Source: Candidatus Parcubacteria bacterium (GTDB lineage Bacteria > Patescibacteriota > Minisyncoccia > Phycocordibacterales > JAKFXT01). From it: 35,831 nucleotides of DNA. Below are positions 8,659 to 15,925 of the stretch, piece after piece. The notes under the pieces are model-generated. The model saw only the letters and a list, made by a program, of their open reading frames with translations, did no database searches and was not told the DNA's origin. Position 1 is the stretch's first letter. Every line of letters begins with the position of its first letter. The DNA lies in the NCBI GenBank assembly GCA_021414235.1, contig JAIOOV010000003.1, positions 103,560 through 139,390 on the forward strand, given 5' to 3'. The translations under genes were made by a program, and so were the position numbers.

Positions 8659-8820
8659 ATGGATAACAACAATAGTGGTAGTGGTATAAATACGATCCTC
8701 ATCGTCGTAGTACTTCTCCTTTTGGTAGGCGGCGGCGTCTGGTGGTACAAGACCTACGGCCCAGGCATGCCCGTCGAAGAGAACAACGGCCTGGAGATCA
8801 ATCTCGGCACCAGCGAGTAA
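8659..8820 (+). CDS. Small single-pass membrane protein (53 aa), below the ORF-track cutoff
   Basis: MDNNNSGSGINTILIVVVLLLLVGGGVWWYKTYGPGMPVEENNGLEINLGTSE*. Clear TM helix capped by WWYK. Confidence 0.75.
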   Translation: MDNNNSGSGINTILIVVVLLLLVGGGVWWYKTYGPGMPVEENNGLEINLGTSE

Positions 8821-8830
8821 GGAGAGGAAT

Positions 8831-8882
8831 GCGCAGATAGCAAAAGGGTGGACCACGTGGTCCACCCTTTTGCTATCTGCGC
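8831..8882. repeat. Perfect 52-bp palindrome with no spacer
   Basis: GCGCAGATAGCAAAAGGGTGGACCAC|GTGGTCCACCCTTTTGCTATCTGCGC. The arms are exact reverse complements. Confidence 0.95.
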
Positions 8883-8884
8883 TC

Positions 8885-8913
8885 TTTACATAAAAAATAT
8901 TACATTGTATAAT
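8885..8913 (+). promoter_or_regulatory. Sigma70 promoter of the lipoprotein gene
   Basis: TTTACA-17 nt-TATAAT with an extended -10 TG; GGAGGA RBS before ATG 8944. Confidence 0.75.
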
Positions 8914-8943
8914 GCCGAGCGAACTTAATGACGGGAGGACGTA

Positions 8944-9420
8944 ATGCCGTCAAAGATCTTTTACGTGCTCATCGCACTCGTCGCTCTCAGCGGATGCGCC
9001 CACAACCTCCCCCTGAACAGGGAGGTTCCGCCAGCATCGTGTATGACCACAGGAGACTACCATCCTGGTGGAAACCTACCGAATATCCTAGAGCAGGTCA
9101 GCCGCGAGCGTGCCACGGGTAAGAAAAAAGAGATCCGCGGCTATTACGCAAGCTCTGCGATCGCCTACCTCGCCTGGGGAGGAGAGCGAGGGGACAATCT
9201 TTGCATCTCGCCCATAGCGTGCTTCGGAGTACACGAAGCGCGGCACGGGAAATACGAAGAAGGAGTCCGTAGCGAGCTATGGACCGCAATCCTCCATCAA
9301 TACATCCCCCGCTGCACCCAAAGCCTCTTCGACTCTGAGAACGCTTTTAGCAGCGGAAAGGGGACGTTCTTCACTGGGGCAGAGGTGCTGAAGATCTGCC
9401 AATTCAAAGCTTGTAGCTGA
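8944..9420 (+). CDS. Lipoprotein, possible ClpP/crotonase-fold (Ser-His) peptidase-like protein
   Basis: Signal peptide with lipobox LSG-C. HPGG...RGYYASSAIAYLA...CISPIACFGVH resembles the PGG...G.C.SA...L...C..P.A.LGFH pattern of periplasmic ClpP-like proteins. Confidence 0.6.
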   Translation: MPSKIFYVLIALVALSGCAHNLPLNREVPPASCMTTGDYHPGGNLPNILEQVSRERATGKKKEIRGYYASSAIAYLAWGGERGDNLCISPIACFGVHEARHGKYEEGVRSELWTAILHQYIPRCTQSLFDSENAFSSGKGTFFTGAEVLKICQFKACS

Positions 9421-9432
9421 AGCCTCAACCTG

Positions 9433-9459
9433 GGCCCGCCGGATCGAATCCGGCGGGCC
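9433..9459 (+). terminator. Hairpin, probable terminator
   Basis: GGCCCGCCGGAT-CGA-ATCCGGCGGGCC directly after the stop at 9420. Confidence 0.7.
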
Positions 9460-9487
9460 TCTTGCATTTACCCTCTCGCCCATCAAC

Positions 9488-9496
9488 TTATCCACA
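9488..9496 (+). promoter_or_regulatory. Perfect DnaA-box consensus (single copy)
   Basis: TTATCCACA, overlapping the left arm of the PadR operator. Confidence 0.45.
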
Positions 9497-9523
9497 TAGT
9501 ACCTTGTATCGCAAGGTACTATG
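9495..9523. promoter_or_regulatory. Probable PadR autoregulatory operator
   Basis: CATAGTACCTTG-TATCG-CAAGGTACTATG perfect 12-bp inverted repeat ending 16 nt before the padR ATG. Confidence 0.8.
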
Positions 9524-9539
9524 CCTTATACTCTCTTTC

Positions 9540-9872
9540 ATGCACGAAGAATCCCTGGAACAAAAACGCTCGCAGATGCGCAAAGGACTGTTGGAGTTTT
9601 GCATCCTACTCGTCATCTCCGAAGACCGTACGTACTCGACGGACATCCTCAAGAAACTAAAAGAAACAGACCTCCTAGTGGTGGAGGGTACGCTCTATCC
9701 CCTGCTCTCCCGCCTCAAGAGCCAAGGGCTAGTGGAGTATGACTGGGAAGAATCCAAATCGGGTCCACCGCGGAAATACTACGGACTCACCAAGAAAGGA
9801 AAAGAGACACTCGCGGAACTCAAGAAGACCTGGAAGGGATTATCAGCCTCGCTCAGCTCGCTAACGAATTAA
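9540..9872 (+). CDS. padR: PadR-family transcriptional regulator
   Basis: QMRKGLLEFCIL, EGTLYPLLSRL, WEES.SGPPRKYY.LT.KG. Start moved to ATG 9540. Confidence 0.93.
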   Translation: MHEESLEQKRSQMRKGLLEFCILLVISEDRTYSTDILKKLKETDLLVVEGTLYPLLSRLKSQGLVEYDWEESKSGPPRKYYGLTKKGKETLAELKKTWKGLSASLSSLTN

Positions 9873-9874
9873 TC

Positions 9875-11533
9875 ATGGAAAAAACGATTCACATCCATAT
9901 CGGCAAAACCCTCTTCCAGCTTGAAGAGAGCGCCTACGAGAAGCTGTCCTCCTATCTCTCTTCCTTGAAGGTCCACTTCGCGGCCGAAGCCGATCGCGAG
10001 GAGATCATCCGGGACATCGAGTCGCGCATCGCCGAGAAGCTCCTCGAGAAGAAGCATCGCCTGGTCACCACAGAGGACGTAACCGCGGTCATCGCGGAGA
10101 TCGGCGACGCTTCCGCTTTTGAGGCGGGATCCTCGGACTCTCCAGAAGAGCCCGTGCGCACGGCGCATGGCACCAAGAAGCTCTATCGCAATACCGATGA
10201 CGCCATCATCGCAGGCGTCGCCTCAGGCATCGCCGCATATTTCAACATCGAGCCGATCATCATCCGCTCCATCTTCGCCGTCTCCATCTTCTTCGGCGGC
10301 ACCGGCATCGCCGTCTACCTCCTCCTCTGGCTCCTGATACCGGAAGCAGAAACCGCGAGCCAGAAGCTCGAGATGCGTGGGAGTCGCGTGACCCTGGAGA
10401 GCATCAAGCGCACAGTGAAGGACCGCCTCAGCGAGACCAAGGAGCGCGGCACGCTCAAGAAGATCCTCTATTTCCCCGCCGAGATCATCAGCGCCTTGGT
10501 CCGCTTCCTGCGCTTCAAAGCCTTCCCTCTTCTCGGCAAGCTCTTCGGCGCACTCTTCGCCTTCGGCTCCTTCTTCGCCATCCTCGGCCTCACTGGCTTC
10601 CTCTCCGTCATCATCGCCAATTGGAATAAGCCGTATATCGATCCAGCCATAAGAGCGGCGATTCCCGAATCGATCCTCTCCTTCTCAGTGGGTGCAGGCT
10701 ACGTGGTACTCCTCATTCCTCTCCTCTTCATCCTCCTCTTAGGCTTCCGCCTGGTACGCGGCCGGAGCACGATCGGAAGCGGGGTAGGCTTCGGCCTGGT
10801 GGGCATTTGGTGCCTCGCAGTCATCGCTTCAGGAGCCGCAGCCACCCGTATCGCCGGCGACTACTATGAATACACTTCGAACCACCCCGACTACCAGAAC
10901 GTGACCCGTACGCTCGAGATCGCACCATTCCAGAGCGTGAGCGTAGAGAACGCCCGCGTAACCTTCCGGCACGGGGATGAGCAGAGCGTCTCCCTTGAAG
11001 GCCAGATGATGGATATGGAGAGGATCGTCGCAGAGACAGAAGATGGCGTACTCAGCATCTCTACCCGGACCGCTACCAGCACCTGCGTGCTGTTCTGCCA
11101 CCACTCCCTCCCCACCGTGGTCGTCACCTCTCCGGAGATAGCCAATGTGACACTTGAGAATGGCAGCGCCTCCTTCGACGAGTTTGCGGCAAAAGACCTC
11201 GCGCTCAAGATCAGGAGCGGAAACGCGTACGGGACGCTGGCCACAGAAACTCTCGCTGTCGATATGGAGAGCTCCAGCCTGCGCCTCCGCCTTGAGACAG
11301 AATCGCTGACAGTGAAGAGCGCCAACTCCCACCTCGACCTCGAGGGTAGCGCAGACACAAGCATCCTCTCCTTCTACCGCTCCAATCTCTCTGGCGAGCG
11401 CTTCTCCATCGCGGAGGCCGAGGTACGCGCAGAAGACTCTTTCGTACAGCTTGGAGAAATGACAACGCTCCGCCTCAAGGAGAATGACAGCCAGGTCATC
11501 TACCGAGGGGAGCCAGAAGTGACGGAGATGTAG
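9875..11533 (+). CDS. PspC-domain membrane protein with C-terminal beta-solenoid (DUF2807/GIN-like) region
   Basis: KKLYRNTDDAIIAGVASGIAAYF (PspC), several TM helices and a repetitive beta C-terminus. Operonic with padR. Confidence 0.88.
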   Translation: MEKTIHIHIGKTLFQLEESAYEKLSSYLSSLKVHFAAEADREEIIRDIESRIAEKLLEKKHRLVTTEDVTAVIAEIGDASAFEAGSSDSPEEPVRTAHGTKKLYRNTDDAIIAGVASGIAAYFNIEPIIIRSIFAVSIFFGGTGIAVYLLLWLLIPEAETASQKLEMRGSRVTLESIKRTVKDRLSETKERGTLKKILYFPAEIISALVRFLRFKAFPLLGKLFGALFAFGSFFAILGLTGFLSVIIANWNKPYIDPAIRAAIPESILSFSVGAGYVVLLIPLLFILLLGFRLVRGRSTIGSGVGFGLVGIWCLAVIASGAAATRIAGDYYEYTSNHPDYQNVTRTLEIAPFQSVSVENARVTFRHGDEQSVSLEGQMMDMERIVAETEDGVLSISTRTATSTCVLFCHHSLPTVVVTSPEIANVTLENGSASFDEFAAKDLALKIRSGNAYGTLATETLAVDMESSSLRLRLETESLTVKSANSHLDLEGSADTSILSFYRSNLSGERFSIAEAEVRAEDSFVQLGEMTTLRLKENDSQVIYRGEPEVTEM

Positions 11534-11589
11534 GGATAAGAATTGGGAAGTAGGAACGGGCAGCGAGGAGAATCTCCTCGCTGCCCGTT

Positions 11590-11979
11590 TTATTCCGCCG
11601 CCCTGCACACTCGCGGCGCTTGGAGCATCGCCCTCATCTTCTGCTCGAGCGTCTGCTCCCAAGAGGGTGAATCTTCGCGGAGAAACTGCCCGCCCAATTC
11701 TACGATCTCCTCCCTCACCTCCTTAGCGAGGGCGCCACTCCGGAGGATGAAAGGAAGCCCCCTTCTCTCCCGATCCATCTTGAGCTTGCGCAGGAACTGA
11801 AGACCATTCTCCCCTCCCAGGTCGTAACCGGAAATGATCAGATCGACGTTTTGATCGGCGAGATGAGCGTAGGCGCCGCGCGCACCTGCCACCACCTCGA
11901 CTTCGTGTCCGCGACTCTCGAGCCACTTCCTGACGCGGAAGGATCCGGGATTACTCCCGACGACCAGTATCCGAGCCAT
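11590..11979 (-). CDS. Pseudo-receiver (CheY-like) protein
   Basis: MARILVVGSN...GHEVEVV...VDLIISGYDLGGENGLQFLRKLK...LPFILRSG. Gly at the phospho-Asp position. Start moved to ATG 11979 (GAGGGAG RBS). Confidence 0.82.
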   Translation of the reverse strand: MARILVVGSNPGSFRVRKWLESRGHEVEVVAGARGAYAHLADQNVDLIISGYDLGGENGLQFLRKLKMDRERRGLPFILRSGALAKEVREEIVELGGQFLREDSPSWEQTLEQKMRAMLQAPRVCRAAE

Positions 11980-12008
11980 TCGTCTCTCCCTCGGTAAGAA
12001 CAGTTGCG

Positions 12009-12377
12009 TTAGCGTCCAATATCCTTTTCGATCTGCCCGAGGAGCCGCTTCTCCCAGCCGCTCATCCCCTTGAAGAGGACGCTGGCGCCCCTGCCTTGAG
12101 CAGCTATATGGACCTCCGTATCCACCCCCTCGCCCCACAGGACGAATGGAAGATTCGGCATCTTCAGCTCATCCCGGACCAGACAGAGGAGCCCGTAGCC
12201 GCTCCCCTTGGGAATATGCTGATCAGCGAGGATGAGGTCCGCCGACCCGCCGCTCCGAAGCAAGGCAGCAGCCTGCTCTGCATCCGAGGCAAAAAGAAGC
12301 CGGTAGCGGACCCGGAGAAGCGAGCTCAAGAGATCAGCGATCGCTTTTTCGCTCTCGACGACGAGTATCCTTTTCAT
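12009..12377 (-). CDS. Stand-alone receiver (CheY-like) protein, atypical
   Basis: MKRILVVESE...ADLILADQHIPKGSGYGLL...LPFVLWG...VLFKG. Asp and Lys are retained; the Thr/Ser switch is replaced. Start moved to ATG 12377. Confidence 0.85.
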   Translation of the reverse strand: MKRILVVESEKAIADLLSSLLRVRYRLLFASDAEQAAALLRSGGSADLILADQHIPKGSGYGLLCLVRDELKMPNLPFVLWGEGVDTEVHIAAQGRGASVLFKGMSGWEKRLLGQIEKDIGR

Positions 12378-12507
12378 CAGAAACCCCTGTGTACAATTGC
12401 GTTTACCCGATGTTCCATCAAAAACCCCTCTTTTGCAACATACACCTCCCGACTCCTGTCCCAGAAGAACGTCAGTCGGGAACCGGCCTCTTCTTTTCAC
12501 TAGCGCT

Positions 12508-13128
12508 CTAGCGGATCTCCACCATCACTTCATTGCGCGCCATCCACGGCGGAGTCCACGGGGCGTTGTACCCGGCATACGAAGGACCGCCTATCACTTC
12601 CACCTTGTCGCGAGAAAGCATGGAGAGCAGCTGCTCTTCCCTTTTCTGTATGCGCTCGCTGCTCCTAAACCAGGAGAACTGGAGTACTGCCATCTTTTTT
12701 GCTGGCACCTCGACGAGCCTTACCCGGGAATCGTTCGGGGTCGGAAGCGTCGCAAGCGAGTAGCTTTTGGGCATGACGAACGCAATCACGCGCGCATCCC
12801 CTTCTGTGTGCGCAACGACCGGCGCGGTCATCGCTATCCTCTCCGACGGCTGCTTTTGCTCTCGCACCGGCGCGGTCATAGCGATGCTTTCTTTTTTGGT
12901 ATTGCCGCCGAAAATATACCCAGCGATTATCGTAAAGCCCTTGTTCAGCGCTTCATCATACGAGCCTTCTACCGTGGTTTGAGCTTCAATATGGGCGGCG
13001 TATTCACGCACCTCATATCCACCAAGCTTCTTAACGACCGAGTACTGAGCCTGTTCCACATTAGAAGAGAAATACCCCCAGACGGACCAGAGAATCACTA
13101 CAACGAGGACGACAAGGAAGATTTTCAT
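12508..13128 (-). CDS. SOUL heme-binding family protein
   Basis: GYEVREY, GFTIIAGYIFGGN, IAMTAPV (twice), FVMP, YNAPWTPPWMARNEV. N-terminal TM/signal helix. Confidence 0.93.
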   Translation of the reverse strand: MKIFLVVLVVVILWSVWGYFSSNVEQAQYSVVKKLGGYEVREYAAHIEAQTTVEGSYDEALNKGFTIIAGYIFGGNTKKESIAMTAPVREQKQPSERIAMTAPVVAHTEGDARVIAFVMPKSYSLATLPTPNDSRVRLVEVPAKKMAVLQFSWFRSSERIQKREEQLLSMLSRDKVEVIGGPSYAGYNAPWTPPWMARNEVMVEIR

Positions 13129-13209
13129 TACATGCAGTCTACCATTTTACAACCGAGGCCGACAGAAAGACGTGGCAGCTGAAACCAGAGAGGGGCTATT
13201 TCCTAAGGG

Positions 13210-13294
13210 CGGAGGGTGAGAGATTCGAACTCTCGGTGGGTTGCCCCACGCAGTCTTTCCAGGACTGTGCACTAGACCACTATGCGAACCCTCC
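13210..13294 (-). tRNA. tRNA-Ser(GGA)
   Basis: GGAGGGT acceptor stem, CAGTC-CT-GGA-AA-GACTG anticodon arm, long variable arm and GTTCGAATC T-loop. The discriminator G is followed by CCC, so CCA is not encoded. Confidence 0.97.
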
Positions 13295-13362
13295 TCTTTG
13301 TAGAACTGGCCTAGATTAGCACAGAGCTCCCGACTCTTCCATAAGAGGCAGTCTGCCAGGAG

Positions 13363-14103
13363 TTATTCCTTAAACCCAATACGGGCCGTGATCAGTCGAT
13401 GGTCGGAAACATACTCATCCCGACAAACGAAGGATTCGAAATCAAATAAGCGAGGGAGAAGCACATAATCAAGAGTATCGTTGTCCTTGGGGTAAGAAAT
13501 GTAATTATAGCGTTCGCTCGAAGACACAAATTCATCTCCATACTCAGCCTTGTATCTCGCGATGTTAAAGATGTTGAAATCCCCCATAAGGATAGGATTC
13601 TCTATCTTTCTCTGCTTCAAGAGGGCGAGCGTCTCTCTGAAATGTGCTTCTGCCCATTCATCCGAATTCGAGAAATGTAGATTAACCGCCGTGAAAGTTT
13701 TCTCCCCAATCTTTATCCGGCAAATAAGAATTCCTCTTGTTTCCTTGTCGCCTTCGGCTTTTGTCAGAAATACCACTTCCTTCTCTAGGGGGTAGCGACT
13801 GAGAACACCTAACCCGTGCGCGATTGGCCGGGCATAGACCTTGCCTTTCTGCTCCGACCTCATCTCTATAGGCTCAAAGACCGAATAAGGATATTCGAGC
13901 TCGGCATTGAGCATCTCTATCTGATTACGGGAGTCTATCTCCATATTCTGCTGGGTCTCCTGAGTAAAGACCACGTCCGGTTTCATCTCCTTAAGAAGAG
14001 AGAGGAGGTGAGGAGACCTTTCGTTCCATTCATAAAAGCACCAGAGATTGACGCTCGCTATAGTCAGGGAAGGCAGGGAGGATTCCGAGGTAATCATTGA
14101 CAT
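13363..14103 (-). CDS. Endonuclease/exonuclease/phosphatase (EEP) family hydrolase
   Basis: ASVN, PDVVFTQE, GLGVLSRYP, NLHF, ILMGDFN, LDYV and SDH motifs. Confidence 0.92.
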   Translation of the reverse strand: MSMITSESSLPSLTIASVNLWCFYEWNERSPHLLSLLKEMKPDVVFTQETQQNMEIDSRNQIEMLNAELEYPYSVFEPIEMRSEQKGKVYARPIAHGLGVLSRYPLEKEVVFLTKAEGDKETRGILICRIKIGEKTFTAVNLHFSNSDEWAEAHFRETLALLKQRKIENPILMGDFNIFNIARYKAEYGDEFVSSSERYNYISYPKDNDTLDYVLLPRLFDFESFVCRDEYVSDHRLITARIGFKE

Positions 14104-14161
14104 AATCTGTGCAATATAGTCTATTACACAACAGAAAAAACTTCAACCAGAAGGAGGTAAG

Positions 14162-14986
14162 ATGTCTACGCTCTTCCTCTCGCTGGAACCAAAAAAGCGT
14201 TTCCAGCGCATGCGCCAGCTGCTCCAGAACTTCAAACAACGCGCGGTCGAAACGAGCGCCCCTTTCGGAATACTCGCTTACGGCAGCGTGTCCTACGGGT
14301 TCAACGGCCTGCATTACGGAAAGCTCGACGACATCGATCTTTTCCTCATTGTACCCAGGGTCCTCTCAGCCAAGAACATCCTGGATGCAGCCAAGGAGGT
14401 CTTCCAGACGGAATTCGACCTCTCCCTCCTGCACATGGAGCAAATGCTCGCCGGCAAGTGGGATATGTGCCGAATGTATGGAAAGAAGGGAGACGTAAAG
14501 CTAGGATTCCGTCTTCTCTGTCGGGATGTCTTCGACCACATCTCTTCCCCACAAGGAATGCAGGGCAGCATCTTGAACGTCGCTAAGCTGGGGTCTTCAA
14601 GGATCATCGCTGACGTGGAGTGGTCTCTTCCAGAATGGAAATATATCTCAACAGAACTTGATCACTTCACGATAAAGGAAGAAGGAGATGAGTCAATTGT
14701 CGTCCTCCACCACGTCTTCTCCCCGCGAGGCGAACGACTCGGAGCCTTGGGTCGAAAACTCCTAACCTGTACGGTTGTTCACGACCCGACAAGCCACCTC
14801 TCTCAGGGCCTCGAAGAGGTGTGGAAGAGCTTCGTACAGGCATGCCTCGCGCAGCATCCATCCCTCGAGACTTCCGCCATCATTGACGCGGTCATGCGCT
14901 CAGAGAAGTTCTCTATCTCCTTCCGCAAACGCCTCACAAAAACGATCGAAACAGCACGACAGCTATCGCTACGGCTTAGTCTCTGA
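14162..14986 (+). CDS. Putative Pol-beta-superfamily nucleotidyltransferase (orphan)
   Basis: GILAYGSVSYG...LDDIDLFLIV matches the hGS...DhD signature. Strong AGGAGGT RBS. C-terminal part unrecognised. Confidence 0.6.
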   Translation: MSTLFLSLEPKKRFQRMRQLLQNFKQRAVETSAPFGILAYGSVSYGFNGLHYGKLDDIDLFLIVPRVLSAKNILDAAKEVFQTEFDLSLLHMEQMLAGKWDMCRMYGKKGDVKLGFRLLCRDVFDHISSPQGMQGSILNVAKLGSSRIIADVEWSLPEWKYISTELDHFTIKEEGDESIVVLHHVFSPRGERLGALGRKLLTCTVVHDPTSHLSQGLEEVWKSFVQACLAQHPSLETSAIIDAVMRSEKFSISFRKRLTKTIETARQLSLRLSL

Positions 14987-15027
14987 CTAGGCCGTTCTCT
15001 TTTGAGAAAAAACCGCTCGAAAACGAG

Positions 15028-15058
15028 AGGGCGGTCGCTACCGAAGTAGCGCCGCCCT
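15028..15058. terminator. Hairpin between convergent genes
   Basis: AGGGCGG-T-CGCTAC-CGAA-GTAGCG-CCGCCCT. Confidence 0.6.
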
Positions 15059-15075
15059 AGTCTGCCGCCCCCTTC

Positions 15076-15270
15076 CTATTTCTTACCCAGACCAGCACCC
15101 ATCTTGCGACTGCCGATGGAGCCCATGGCCGCAGAGGGAGGAGGGAGATTCTCGAAATACTTATTCGCCTTTTCCTGGTCACTCTTGCGCCTCTGGAGCA
15201 GAGCTTCCTGCTCCAGAGTCAGAGGTCCGACCTTCCTGAGAATCCCATTGACGAATATCATATCCGACAT
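15076..15270 (-). CDS. Small hypothetical protein (64 aa)
   Basis: Has its own promoter-like element (TTGCTT-18 nt-TATATA with TG), a G-rich RBS and a downstream hairpin. No recognisable motif. Confidence 0.45.
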   Translation of the reverse strand: MSDMIFVNGILRKVGPLTLEQEALLQRRKSDQEKANKYFENLPPPSAAMGSIGSRKMGAGLGKK

Positions 15271-15444
15271 AGTGCCGCCCCCAGTAAGCTAGGAGATTGA
15301 AGAACTTACCGAACCATTCGGGATCTTTTTATATAGCAAAATTCTCGGACAAAAAGCAAGCACGGGGTGGTCAATATTAAAAAGCAGAAGACGACATCCG
15401 TTTTAGATGTCGTCTGGTTTAGAAACGGTCTTCCTTAAGGAGAC

Positions 15445-15828
15445 CTAGGCGAACAGATAGGGAGCCTTCGCTTGGGCGATCGTCCGCCGAAGACGGGTGC
15501 GGAAGCGAAGCCCCCTGCGACCGGCGTTCCGGCGATCAGCCTTGCCGAGCTTCGGCGACCGAGGTTTCTTGTCGTCGAAGCGAGCCTCCTTCTGGACCTG
15601 AGCTGCCTTACGGCAGCCGATCTGATGCGGAAGATCCTCCGTGGCCAGCTCCTCATCGATGACGAGGGTCTGCCCCTTCTTGGGAGACCGGGGCTCCGGC
15701 CGATTGGCGAGGTCAGGCCCCCGATACTTCCCGAATGACCGGGGATCGAGGACGAGCCCGCAGAGCATGGGGTGCGACATTCCGTATACGAAGAAACCGG
15801 TGACGGCGACTTTCTCAGACGAAGGCAT
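15445..15828 (-). CDS. Basic hypothetical protein (127 aa)
   Basis: GGAGGG RBS before the ATG; downstream AGACGACATC/GATGTCGTCT hairpin. No recognisable motif. Confidence 0.45.
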   Translation of the reverse strand: MPSSEKVAVTGFFVYGMSHPMLCGLVLDPRSFGKYRGPDLANRPEPRSPKKGQTLVIDEELATEDLPHQIGCRKAAQVQKEARFDDKKPRSPKLGKADRRNAGRRGLRFRTRLRRTIAQAKAPYLFA

Positions 15829-15925
15829 TGTCCCCTCCCAGGGCCAGCTAGATGTTGATTTGATTAAAGACCAGACTACTTTTCTAGCATGCCACTTTTA
15901 TATGCAAAGTCAATAAGCCTGAATA

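Noticed and set aside
440-13294. Possible genomic island integrated at the tRNA-Ser 3' end
   Set aside because: No integrase and no duplicated tRNA 3' end (att site) found in the window. Most genes between 5.8 and 13 kb have host-like composition.
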